Sequence record: SRR31156797_6143
Strand: one strand, 5' to 3'
Length of the DNA: 44,399 nt
This document shows positions 17,476 through 26,568 of the stretch, piece after piece. Below the pieces are notes generated by a model. That model worked only from the letters and a program-made list of their open reading frames with translations. It was not told the DNA's origin and did not search any database. A program made the translations under genes and the position numbers. Numbering within the stretch: position 1 is the stretch's first letter; the number at the start of each line of letters is the position of its first letter.

Positions 17476-19263
17476 ATGAGTCAATCCATGACCAATGCCG
17501 ACAACTTCTGGCTCTGTATGGATGATCCCACCAACCTGATGATGATCACCGCGTTTATGGAGTTTGAAGATCGCATTGATTTCAAGCGCCTGCGGGCCAC
17601 CATTGAATCCCGTGTGTCATCTTTTCCCCGGTTCAGGAAAAAAGTGGTGAGGCCCATATCCGGAATGGGAACGCCCACCTGGGAGATGGACCGGTATTTT
17701 GATATCCGCAGCCATATTCATCGGGTGGCCCTTCCATCACCGGGAGGGAAGCCGGAACTCCAGGAAATGGTGAGTGATATGATGGCCGCCCCCCTGGATC
17801 CCCATAAACCCCTCTGGCAGGTCCATCTCATCGAGAACTACGGCAAGGGGAGCGTGGTCCTTTTTCGGATTCACCACTGCATTGCCGATGGTATTGCCCT
17901 GATTTACGTATTATTGGCGGCGGCTGACAGGGAACCGGATGCGTCCTGGCCGGAGGAGTTGCCCCAAAAGCGGAAAAAGATGTCATCCTTTGATTTCCAG
18001 TGGCCCATTGCCGGCGTGATCCGAGGGGTCCAGAAAGTCAAAGACACCACCCGGAAACTGGGGCGGAAGGTTGCCGAGGAATTCAGGGATACGGTTTTCG
18101 ATCTGGATCGCCTGATGGACCTGGCCGGGAAAAGCTCCCGTGTTTCAGCCGATGTGGGCGGGGGCCTGGCAAAACTGGCCCTCATGCCGCCGGATCCCTC
18201 CACCGCCTTCAAGGGAAAACTGGGAACCCGGAAAAATGCGGTCTGGACCGATCCCATTCCCCTGGACTCGGTGAAAAAGGTGGGTCGTTCCATTCATGGC
18301 GCCACCATCAATGACGTGCTCATTTCCACGGTTACCGGGTCCATGCGCCGATATTTGAAAAGCCGAAATTATCCGGTCAACACCCTTGACCTGAATGTGT
18401 TGGTGCCGGTTAACATCCGCAAACCGGGTACTGAAGTGGAGCTGGGAAACAGGTTCAGCCTGATTTTTCTGACACTCCCCGTCTATATTGAGGATTCGGT
18501 GCTTCGATTGAAGGAAGTCAAGCGCCGGATGGACAATATCAAGAACGCGCCCGACGCCATGGTGAATTTCGGCCTCCTCAGCACGGTGGGCTTCATGCCA
18601 CCGGGGATCGCCAAAAATCTGGCCCATTATTTCAGTAGTAAGGCATCCGGAATACTGACCAATGTGCCGGGGCCTCGGGACCCCCTCTATTTTGCGGGGA
18701 GCGAAATCAAGAACATCATGTTCTGGGTGCCCAGGGCAGGGGATGTGGGGTTGGGCGTCAGCATTTTAAGCTACAATGGAAAGGTGAGTGTGGGGATTGC
18801 CGCCGACGAGGGATTGATGCCCGATGGCGAAGCGCTTCTGGAAGGCTTTGAAGAAGAGTTGGCCCTTTTGGTGAGGCTGGTGGAATCAGGTGAGATCGAG
18901 GAGACGCCGCTGGTTCTGCACGATACCTATCAGGATATGCGTTGTCAGGCGTTGACCCGAGGGGGAGAGCAGTGTAAAAAACGTGCGGTCCCCGGATCTG
19001 AATACTGCACCATTCATGGGATAGCGGCGGAAACCGATGAACTTTCCGAAGAGAGATCGCCCGATTTTGGGGAAAGTATACCCGAAGTACATGTGGATCT
19101 GGATACGGATCCCAACCGTTGTCAGGCTCTGACCCGCAGTGGAAACCAGTGCAAAAAACGGGTAGTGCCGAATTCTTATTATTGCAGCACCCATCGACCG
19201 GCGGTGCCGGAAAGGGATACCCGTGATTTGGCTGAGATTCTGAAGGAATTGAGTGGCCATTAA
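17476..19263 (+). CDS. wax ester synthase/diacylglycerol acyltransferase (WS/DGAT) with C-terminal tandem CCCH motifs
   Basis: catalytic HHCIADG (HHxxxDG), PLDPHKPLWQ, ATINDV, VPVNIR, LGNRF, TNVPGP, SYNG. Confidence 0.92.
   Translation: MSQSMTNADNFWLCMDDPTNLMMITAFMEFEDRIDFKRLRATIESRVSSFPRFRKKVVRPISGMGTPTWEMDRYFDIRSHIHRVALPSPGGKPELQEMVSDMMAAPLDPHKPLWQVHLIENYGKGSVVLFRIHHCIADGIALIYVLLAAADREPDASWPEELPQKRKKMSSFDFQWPIAGVIRGVQKVKDTTRKLGRKVAEEFRDTVFDLDRLMDLAGKSSRVSADVGGGLAKLALMPPDPSTAFKGKLGTRKNAVWTDPIPLDSVKKVGRSIHGATINDVLISTVTGSMRRYLKSRNYPVNTLDLNVLVPVNIRKPGTEVELGNRFSLIFLTLPVYIEDSVLRLKEVKRRMDNIKNAPDAMVNFGLLSTVGFMPPGIAKNLAHYFSSKASGILTNVPGPRDPLYFAGSEIKNIMFWVPRAGDVGLGVSILSYNGKVSVGIAADEGLMPDGEALLEGFEEELALLVRLVESGEIEETPLVLHDTYQDMRCQALTRGGEQCKKRAVPGSEYCTIHGIAAETDELSEERSPDFGESIPEVHVDLDTDPNRCQALTRSGNQCKKRVVPNSYYCSTHRPAVPERDTRDLAEILKELSGH
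18940..19194 (+). repeat. two intragenic 78-bp repeats encoding C-x9-C-x10-C-x2-H motifs
   Basis: RCQALTRGGEQCKKRAVPGSEYCTIH (18940-19017) and RCQALTRSGNQCKKRVVPNSYYCSTH (19117-19194); 19/26 aa identical. Confidence 0.9.
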
Positions 19264-19291
19264 TCGTTCGCACCGAACAGGGGAGGGAAAC

Positions 19292-21376
19292 GTGAAACAG
19301 GTCGTCAGCATCAGCCTTGGTCCGGAAGCAGCAGATTATGAACTTGATACGGAATTCTTGGGTCATGAGTTTTCCATGAGGCGTGTGGGGACGGATGGTG
19401 ATCTGGATAGGATGTTGGCGTTGTTGCTGGAGTGGGACGGCAAAGCCGACGCCATCGGTCTCGGTAGCATGCGGTTTCCCAATGCCATCGGCCCCAAACA
19501 TGTTCTGGAGCGGCGTGCTGAAAAGATCAGGGCCTTGAGTGAACGGGTCAACACGCCGGTCACCATGGGGAGTGCTCTTCGGAATGTGGTCCATGAATGG
19601 TCTATCCGGCATGTGGAGTTTGTATTCGGAAAATATTTTGACAACGCCAGGGTTTTCTTTTTTTCGGGACTGGCCAATCATAAAATCGCCCGGGTATTGA
19701 ACGAGTTTACGGATAACCTGATTTTTGCGGACCCGGTTCTGGAAAACGGTATCGGTAAATTCATAAAATCCGTAAGGGATCTGGAACTTTATGCCAGCGG
19801 TGTCCATGAGATCCTGAAATGGTTGCCCAGCAAGAAGTTTTCCGCCAATTTCATGCCCGCGCGCCTCTGGAATATTCATCTCATGAGGAAAGCCATGCAG
19901 CAGGCCCAGGTCATTGTGGTACCCCATTATGATTTTTACCGCTATCTGGAGCATGCCACCCTGGAAGAGCTGGGGGGTAAAATTATCATCACCTCCTGTG
20001 CCTATGATGATCGGGTCTCTTTCCTCCAGGAGCGGGGTGTGGACGTGATCATCGATACGGCCCCCAAAGTGCTTGAAAAAGTGGTGGGGCTCAATGTCCT
20101 GGAAGCCATGATGTTGGCGGCCCTCGGCAAGAAGCAGGACCAGATCACCGATGATGACCTCCTGGAGATTATTTGCGAGCAGAATATGGCCCCAAGGGTG
20201 GTGTATCCCTCCGGGACCCCCAGGCGGGTCAACCGGTTCGCCTTTGTGATCCATCCCCTCTCCCAGGAGTTTCTCAAGAAGGAAAAAACCCTGGATATGG
20301 TCAGCCAGTTTGCGCCGCCCCTTTTTATGGATGCCGTCGAGAAAGTCATTGCCTATGCGCCGCCCTTTCTCTATTCAAAGGTGACCGGCATCAAGTCCCC
20401 TTCCGGCGTGGAGGCGGAAGGATGGTTGATTTCAGTGGGGGGGACGCCCAAGCAGATGCTGGCCCACAAACCGGAATTTACCTATGACCGTCTCCTGCAG
20501 GCGGCTAGAATGGCCAAGCGGCTGGGCGCACAGATCATGGGACTGGGCGCTTTTACCAAGGTGGTGGGAGACGCGGGCGTTACCGTGGCCAAGAAAGCGG
20601 ATATCCCCATTACCACCGGGAACAGTTACAGCGCTTCCGGGGCCCTGTGGGCGGCGGCGGATGCCGTGCGCCGCATGGGTCTGATCCGGGTGGAGAAGGG
20701 GAAGGCCATTAAAGGTAAAACAATGGTTTTCGGTGCCACCGGTGCCATCGGTTCGGTGTGCTGCCGCCTGCTGGCAAAAGCCTTTGAAGAGGTCTATATG
20801 GTGGGGCGCAATACCGCCAAACTCCTGGCCTTGCGGGGGGCCATCCTGGAAGAAACCCCCGGTGTGAAACTCCATATTTCAACCCGGCCGGACCGTTATC
20901 TGCCCGATATGGACGTCATTGTCACGGCCACATCCGGCGCCGGCAAGGCCATCCTGGATATCATGCGGGTGAAACCCGGCTGCATCATCACCGATGTGGC
21001 CCGTCCCCTTGATCTCTCTCCCGAAGATGTGGCCAAGCGCCCGGATGTACTGGTCATCGAGTCCGGCGAAATTGAGCTCCCCGGCAACCCGGAGATGAAG
21101 AATATCGGTCTGCCGCCCAAGGTGGCCTACGCCTGTCTTGCCGAGACCATTGTGCTGGCTCTCGAAGGCCGATTTGAGATCTTCACCATCGGCCGCGATA
21201 TCGAGTGGGAAAAGGTCCGGGAAATCTACAAGATGGGGTTGAAACACGGCATGAAGCTGGCGGCCATTTCAGGGGTCAACGGGGTGTTTACGGATGACGA
21301 CATCACCCGTGTCAGAAAACTGGCCATAAAAGCCCGGAAAACCTGGACCCCGCCCCGTTTTTCACATGCGGCGTGA
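19292..21376 (+). CDS. two-domain oxidoreductase; C-terminal half resembles cyanobacterial acyl-ACP reductase (COG5322-type), N-terminal half of unknown function
   Basis: GTG start with GGAGG RBS; FAFVIHPL, LGAFTKVV, ITTGNS, Rossmann GATGAIG, DVARP, YACLAETIVLALEG. Confidence 0.75.
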   Translation: MKQVVSISLGPEAADYELDTEFLGHEFSMRRVGTDGDLDRMLALLLEWDGKADAIGLGSMRFPNAIGPKHVLERRAEKIRALSERVNTPVTMGSALRNVVHEWSIRHVEFVFGKYFDNARVFFFSGLANHKIARVLNEFTDNLIFADPVLENGIGKFIKSVRDLELYASGVHEILKWLPSKKFSANFMPARLWNIHLMRKAMQQAQVIVVPHYDFYRYLEHATLEELGGKIIITSCAYDDRVSFLQERGVDVIIDTAPKVLEKVVGLNVLEAMMLAALGKKQDQITDDDLLEIICEQNMAPRVVYPSGTPRRVNRFAFVIHPLSQEFLKKEKTLDMVSQFAPPLFMDAVEKVIAYAPPFLYSKVTGIKSPSGVEAEGWLISVGGTPKQMLAHKPEFTYDRLLQAARMAKRLGAQIMGLGAFTKVVGDAGVTVAKKADIPITTGNSYSASGALWAAADAVRRMGLIRVEKGKAIKGKTMVFGATGAIGSVCCRLLAKAFEEVYMVGRNTAKLLALRGAILEETPGVKLHISTRPDRYLPDMDVIVTATSGAGKAILDIMRVKPGCIITDVARPLDLSPEDVAKRPDVLVIESGEIELPGNPEMKNIGLPPKVAYACLAETIVLALEGRFEIFTIGRDIEWEKVREIYKMGLKHGMKLAAISGVNGVFTDDDITRVRKLAIKARKTWTPPRFSHAA

Positions 21377-21424
21377 AAAATGGCCCATACTACCATAATC
21401 ACCGGGAACCGGAAAATTCTATTT

Positions 21425-22012
21425 TTACTCGTTTCTCATCAACTTCAGCACCGGTTCCGATGAAATAATATAGTAGACGCTGTTGTCTCCTGAGGGTGAG
21501 TGGTTTTCAAGAATTTTCATGCTGCTGTTCAGCTTTACCGTGGCCAGGATATTGAGTTTCCCATCGTCTTTTCGGACCTTTTTATACTGTTCCCTTGAGA
21601 GCTTTCCATGAGGGCCGAAAACCCAGTATATGATTTTATCGTGGGCCAGAACCGTCGGATCGCCGATTTCAATGGAGAGTGATCCCACCAGCCCTTGAAC
21701 TATCTCCCGTGTGGCTGCCTCGTACCGTTCATAGAGAACAATGACCCTGTTGGACATTTTGTCCGTAACAACAAAGAGGTTTCCATCTTTAAATTTGCGG
21801 GTTCTGTGGTCGGCCGCTTTAACGGGATGCTTCCGGGCCGTTGCTTCTTGTTCCTTGGTCAGTTTCTTTCCAAGGGTATAGCCTTGGCGGGATATGTTCA
21901 GTGCCGCCACCCGGTCTAGAAGATTTGAAAGGTTATCGGAGGAGCATGCCCATAAAAATGTGAAAAGGAGTGATATGAGAATTGCAGTTCTTAGAGTTGT
22001 GAAATTTACCAT
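21425..22012 (-). CDS. putative lipoprotein
   Basis: MVNFTTLRTAILISLLFTFLWA|CSS lipobox-like signal. Confidence 0.7.
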   Translation of the reverse strand: MVNFTTLRTAILISLLFTFLWACSSDNLSNLLDRVAALNISRQGYTLGKKLTKEQEATARKHPVKAADHRTRKFKDGNLFVVTDKMSNRVIVLYERYEAATREIVQGLVGSLSIEIGDPTVLAHDKIIYWVFGPHGKLSREQYKKVRKDDGKLNILATVKLNSSMKILENHSPSGDNSVYYIISSEPVLKLMRNE

Positions 22013-22029
22013 CAATCCGGTCTTTGTGT

Positions 22030-22075
22030 AAAAGACCGCCCCAACCATTCCTCTGGGCCGGGCTGATTGGGGCGG
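22030..22075 (-). terminator. intrinsic terminator after the octaheme cytochrome gene
   Basis: CCGCCCCAA (22036-22044) / TTGGGGCGG (22067-22075) stem followed by TCTTTT on the minus strand. Confidence 0.6.
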
Positions 22076-22098
22076 AGGGTTTAACAAGACGTTAAAGA

Positions 22099-23688
22099 CT
22101 ATTGTTTGTAACGCAGCTTCTGTTCTTCTTCAATGAGCTTGATGGTTTCGGCGCTGCCCCCTGTTTTGGTCCAGATGTTTTCGGGCTTGGCCAGGATTTC
22201 GGATATGATTTTCCGGTATTCCTCTCCCTTTCCGGCCTCTTCAGCCAACTCCTGCACCTGGGGCAGGAACTTGTGGTAGAAATTATGGGCGATTTCATAC
22301 ATGCCGTGCCAGTGCACATAGTCCGGCGCATTCATGGCGGCGGCCATTCGGGCCCGTCTGCCTTCGTGGTGCCAAAGCTCGAACCAGGTGAAGCCCAGTT
22401 CGGTCTGAAAACCGCTGTTTTTCCAGATGCCGTCCTTCTTCAGCATCCCCACCAATTTTTTACCCGGCTTGGCGAATTTATCGTTGTAGAGGTTAACCAA
22501 ATCGTCCAGTTGGCTGTAGAAATCCCGAATCTGATTTATCCCGTGACAGGATTTGCACATCCCCTGCATTTTGGCGCGTCTTTCCTGCCATGACACCACT
22601 GACTTGATGGTCTTTTCGGCGATGACCTTTTTCAGCTTATCCCCTTCCCTCACGTAACTCTTGGCCTTTTCCTTCTGGCCGGGTCGGGGCGGAATATCTC
22701 CGGTGATATCGGCCACGGAACCGTCCGTAAAGGTTACCCGGTTCAGTTTGGATGAGATGGGGGCCCTGAGATTCCACGATATGCGGTCTCCCACATTATG
22801 GGAATTGGGCGCAACCGAACCGTTCAGTTTAATAAAAGAGCCCATGTGGCAGGTGGAACAGGTGGGCGCTGTAAAATAGTCATCACCCAGTACCCACTTT
22901 CCATCCTTCATGATATTCATGCTGGCAGCCCCGCCCTGTTTCAGGGCGGAATAGAAGGCGATACCGTGTTTGCTTTCTTCGTAGATTTCTTTTTGCGGGT
23001 GATCGGGGCCCAAATGACATTTCCCGCAGTTCTCGGGCTGCCTTGCCACACTGGCTTTAAAAGAGTGCTTGGAGTGACATGCGATACAGACCCCTTTGGT
23101 ACCGTCAGGATTGATCCGGCCGATGCCGGTATTGGGCCAGGTGTTGTGGTCCATCTGCGGGGCGTCCGTTTTGGAACGGAGCGGTTTTCCGTCTTTGTCC
23201 CGTTTGAGGGCCACAACGGAGCCGTGGCACTGCCAGCACCCGCTGGCCATGTTGGCCTTGTTGGTGGGCATGCCGCCCACGATCTCGGCGAGCATGTTGT
23301 CCAAAGATGCCATGATTTCTCCGGCCGTGGCATGATGAGATTGTGCCATCTGTTTTGCCTCGGGTTCGTGGCATTTGGCACAGTCATTGGGGGACAGGAT
23401 GGCCTTGATGAAGGCCCCTTCGTGCATGTAACCCATTTCATCGCCTTTGTCCGCCGCATGGCAGTTATAGCAGCCGACCTGCCCCTCTTTGGCTGCCGCA
23501 TGGGGGGACGTTTCCCACTGCAACACCAGGGATTTATTTTCCTTCAGATGACAGGTAATGCATTTCTTATTGATTTCCCGCACCTTGGGATTCTTCACAT
23601 CGAAAGATTCTTCCGTCAGGCCGAATGCGGTCCCCCCCATGAAAATTCCCAAGACAAGCACAATAAAGGCCGATCTTATCTTACACAT
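22099..23688 (-). CDS. hao: octaheme cytochrome c, hydroxylamine oxidoreductase (HAO)-like, probably the reductive type
   Basis: signal peptide; 8 CxxCH motifs (CITCH, CYNCH, CAKCH, CWQCH, CIACH, CGKCH, CSTCH, CKSCH); GPDHPQ.EIY.ESKHG; WHHEGRRAR; APDYVHWHG; strong RBS before ATG 23688. Confidence 0.88.
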   Translation of the reverse strand: MCKIRSAFIVLVLGIFMGGTAFGLTEESFDVKNPKVREINKKCITCHLKENKSLVLQWETSPHAAAKEGQVGCYNCHAADKGDEMGYMHEGAFIKAILSPNDCAKCHEPEAKQMAQSHHATAGEIMASLDNMLAEIVGGMPTNKANMASGCWQCHGSVVALKRDKDGKPLRSKTDAPQMDHNTWPNTGIGRINPDGTKGVCIACHSKHSFKASVARQPENCGKCHLGPDHPQKEIYEESKHGIAFYSALKQGGAASMNIMKDGKWVLGDDYFTAPTCSTCHMGSFIKLNGSVAPNSHNVGDRISWNLRAPISSKLNRVTFTDGSVADITGDIPPRPGQKEKAKSYVREGDKLKKVIAEKTIKSVVSWQERRAKMQGMCKSCHGINQIRDFYSQLDDLVNLYNDKFAKPGKKLVGMLKKDGIWKNSGFQTELGFTWFELWHHEGRRARMAAAMNAPDYVHWHGMYEIAHNFYHKFLPQVQELAEEAGKGEEYRKIISEILAKPENIWTKTGGSAETIKLIEEEQKLRYKQ

Positions 23689-23855
23689 CTCCTTACCTCC
23701 TTGTTCACGCTTTAACACTGTAAAATGATTCAGGCTCTGCGCACACCTAGTTGTTAAGAGAGCGCCTGAGAAACGCATCCGGTCGGGCCTATCTTTTCGC
23801 CACCCCCTTTCAAATTGATTTTTCTTAAAACAAATTATTGCCAGATGGTGAAATT

Positions 23856-25016
23856 TCAGGAAGATGCTTTTTCCTCCTCCAGCCAAAGGGGGAAAATCTT
23901 ACTCAGGACAAAAAGGACCATAAAGGGTAAACTGACCAGGACGATGACCGTCAGAATCCCTTCTTTGTCGAACCATTCAGGGTGGAACCGGGTATAACCA
24001 CGGGTGCTCTTGGACATCAACTGCCCGCCGATTACCACATTCCATCTCATGAGCAAGACCTGCAAAAGGAGAATCATGGAAACCGCAGCCGCAAAAAATT
24101 TAAAAACCGATTCCTTCAGTTTGAACAGGCAGAGCCAGCCCAGCAGCAGCAAGGGTAACACGGAACATATGCCAACCTGCCATACCCAGAATGAGTAATA
24201 AAGCGGGCCGTTCAGCAGCCCTTCCACGGAATGGTGGTACCACGTCCTCAAATAGGAGTGGGAAAATACTTCCAGCATTTCAAATGAGAAGGCAAGGATG
24301 AAAAATCCGGCAAGGACATTGATACAGGTTCGCACACAGCCCACATCCACCGGTTGATTTTTGACTTTCTTGATTACGATATAGGCCAGAACAAGGGCGG
24401 AGATCCCCGATACGCACGCGGAGAAGAGGAAAATGACCGGCATGAGAGGTGTTGACCAGCTGGGGTTTGCCTTGACGCCTCCAAAGAGAAAGCCCACATA
24501 TCCGTGGAGCACCGAGGCCACGGGAATACCGATGGCCACAAGAAATTTGATGATCTTCCGGTCCAGTTCGAGGGACTCGGGCGAAAGGTTTGTGCTGTCC
24601 ATGGTGAGGATGCGATAAAGGATCTTCATAACCCCTTTTGATTTTAACCTGAGTTTCACCAGGGTGGGCCTGTAAACAAGGAGAACAATCAGCGCCATAA
24701 GGACTATGGCAACCGTGAAGATGTATCCCGCCCCGGACATGGCCGAGGTGGGGCTCGGTGTGATCATCATATTATGATTCCGCTCAGGCCTGCCGAGATG
24801 CATCAACAAAGGGAACATGGCGCAGGATAGAAAGGCAAGGGCAAAGACAAGGGAGAATCGCGAAATGGGTTTCAGGCTTTTGACACCGAACACATAGTAG
24901 AGGGCGGCGACAATAAAGGATCCGTCCACCAATCCGGTGAGGTACGGGTATAAAACGATCATCATAGACCAGTGGACGTGAAGATCGTTGGGGAAAACAA
25001 AGTTAAGGGCATCCAT
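23856..25016 (-). CDS. nrfD: NrfD/PsrC-family membrane quinol-interacting subunit
   Basis: WSMMIVLYPYLTGL, HLGRPER, TSAMS, LHGYVGF, WSTPLMPVIFLFSA, RWNVVIGGQ; about 10 TM segments; TGATG coupling to upstream gene. Confidence 0.88.
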   Translation of the reverse strand: MDALNFVFPNDLHVHWSMMIVLYPYLTGLVDGSFIVAALYYVFGVKSLKPISRFSLVFALAFLSCAMFPLLMHLGRPERNHNMMITPSPTSAMSGAGYIFTVAIVLMALIVLLVYRPTLVKLRLKSKGVMKILYRILTMDSTNLSPESLELDRKIIKFLVAIGIPVASVLHGYVGFLFGGVKANPSWSTPLMPVIFLFSACVSGISALVLAYIVIKKVKNQPVDVGCVRTCINVLAGFFILAFSFEMLEVFSHSYLRTWYHHSVEGLLNGPLYYSFWVWQVGICSVLPLLLLGWLCLFKLKESVFKFFAAAVSMILLLQVLLMRWNVVIGGQLMSKSTRGYTRFHPEWFDKEGILTVIVLVSLPFMVLFVLSKIFPLWLEEEKASS

Positions 25017-25822
25017 CAGACCACCTCCCGCCTGAGGCCCTTGTAGTAAAGGGCGGGATAGGTTCCCATGTCTTTTTTCAGGACCGTGAGAACTTCGTGT
25101 TCGTGCAGGAGCTTGTAAACCTCCGAATTCTTGTCATTCAGGTCTCCAAACTTGCGCGCCCCGGTGGGACAGACATTCACGCAAACCGGCAATAACCCTT
25201 TACGCACACGGTGGTAGCACCATGTGCATTTTTCCGCCGTCCTCGTAACCGGATCGAGAAACCGGGCCGAATAGGGGCATGCCTGGATACAGTAAGCACA
25301 CCCCACGCAACGCGCTCGATCCATCAGAACGAACCCGTCGGGCGTTTTAAAGGTGGCCCCTACGGGACACACCTGCACGCAAGGGGGTTCTTTACACATA
25401 TTACACAGTTTGGGCACGAAAAAGGTATCTCGAACCTCTACGGCGATATCAGCTCTTGGAGACTGGTAACCATCAAACCCGCCGTTGGGTGAATCCACAT
25501 AGACCTCATCGGTGAAATCCTTGAGATACCGCTCCACCCAGGTTCTGTAGTAACCTTCCGGCACGTTGAATTCCCGTCTGTCGGCCACGCAACAGGATCC
25601 GCACCCGATGCAGCGGGTGATATCCACGATGAAGGCGAAGCGCTGATGGAACATGTCCCATTTTTTTCCCCGGATCCCGGGAATCTGTTCCGGGATTTCC
25701 CGAGTGGCTGCGCCCATGGGCATGGGCAGCACCAGGAGAAGGGAACCCGCTATGGCGCCGTTAAGCACTTTCTTGATAAAGGCCCGGCGCTCCCTGTCCA
25801 GCTTGGCATCAGGCTCGCCCAT
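25016..25822 (-). CDS. nrfC: NrfC/PsrB-family 4Fe-4S electron-transfer subunit with Tat-like signal
   Basis: ERRAFIK twin-Arg; CIGCGSCCVAD, CNMCKEPPCVQVCP, CVGCAYCIQACP, CTWC…CVNVCP. Confidence 0.88.
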   Translation of the reverse strand: MGEPDAKLDRERRAFIKKVLNGAIAGSLLLVLPMPMGAATREIPEQIPGIRGKKWDMFHQRFAFIVDITRCIGCGSCCVADRREFNVPEGYYRTWVERYLKDFTDEVYVDSPNGGFDGYQSPRADIAVEVRDTFFVPKLCNMCKEPPCVQVCPVGATFKTPDGFVLMDRARCVGCAYCIQACPYSARFLDPVTRTAEKCTWCYHRVRKGLLPVCVNVCPTGARKFGDLNDKNSEVYKLLHEHEVLTVLKKDMGTYPALYYKGLRREVV

Positions 25823-26355
25823 CAATTCTTCTCCTTCACGCCCACAATTTTTTTTGCCCGGTTGATATATCTAAGCGGTGCATGCACATGATGGCATTGA
25901 TCACATGTATGTGAAACCTTAACCTTCTGGCTTTCCAAATGCTCCGGCATGACAACCGTCTTGATTACCTCGCCCGGTCTGGCCTGGATCGCTTTATTGT
26001 GACACCGCAGGCACAAAACCTTTATTTCTTCCTTCTTTTTGACGGGAAGTTTCCCATAGACTTTGCCGGCCTTAATGTGATCGGCATAAGGCCCGTGACA
26101 GAATTCGCATGAGATGGTTTTGTGAAGGCCGGTTAAATGGATGTTTGCTTCATAGGGGTGGCAGGAGAGGCAGGAGTCGTTTGTCATGTGACGGATTTCC
26201 CGGTCGGCCTCTTCATCAATGGCATCGGCACGGTATGGGCCGTATTTTCCGAATGATTCAGGCGTCAAAACAATCTTTGCCACAAATCCAAGGGCTGCAA
26301 AAATCACCAGGCCGAAAACGATACGCTTGATGTGGGAATTGTAGCTTGATTGCAC
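25822..26355 (-). CDS. membrane-anchored/exported tetraheme cytochrome c
   Basis: N-terminal hydrophobic segment; CLSCH, CEFCH, CLRCH, CDQCH; GTG 26355 has GGAG RBS (ORF extends to 26421). Confidence 0.85.
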   Translation of the reverse strand: MQSSYNSHIKRIVFGLVIFAALGFVAKIVLTPESFGKYGPYRADAIDEEADREIRHMTNDSCLSCHPYEANIHLTGLHKTISCEFCHGPYADHIKAGKVYGKLPVKKKEEIKVLCLRCHNKAIQARPGEVIKTVVMPEHLESQKVKVSHTCDQCHHVHAPLRYINRAKKIVGVKEKN

Positions 26356-26514
26356 CTTCCGTCTCCGTAATACCCGGGACATGGACAGGGGACCCGGGTG
26401 TTTGAATTGGGAATGGACCAACGGATCTTTTCACCGGGGGCAACGCTGTTGAATCAACAACCTTCAACAAATGGTCTGAGCATGATTGTTATTTATTGGG
26501 TATTCCAACGGTTC

Positions 26515-26545
26515 CGTCAAGTAACAATACTGTAAAAGGTGTAAC
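26515..26545 (-). promoter_or_regulatory. tandem TTAC-repeat operator abutting a -35 hexamer, upstream of the cytochrome-nrfCD-hao operon
   Basis: sense strand GTTACACCTTTTACAGTATTGTTAC (26545-26521) followed immediately by TTGACG (26520-26515); 19/25 identical to the site at 27394. Confidence 0.55.
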
Positions 26546-26568
26546 GGGTCCATTCGGGGATATGCGGT

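Noticed and set aside
18758-20254. 498-aa ORF on the minus strand
   Set aside because: Antisense shadow of WS/DGAT and the reductase, with no motifs. The same applies to 10738-11730, 22798-23715, 35304-36308 and 38215-39402.
22099-23688. Evidence for ammonia oxidation or anammox
   Set aside because: The crosslinking Tyr appears to be replaced by Trp, there are no amo, cycAB or hzs genes, and the NrfCD context suggests a reductive role.
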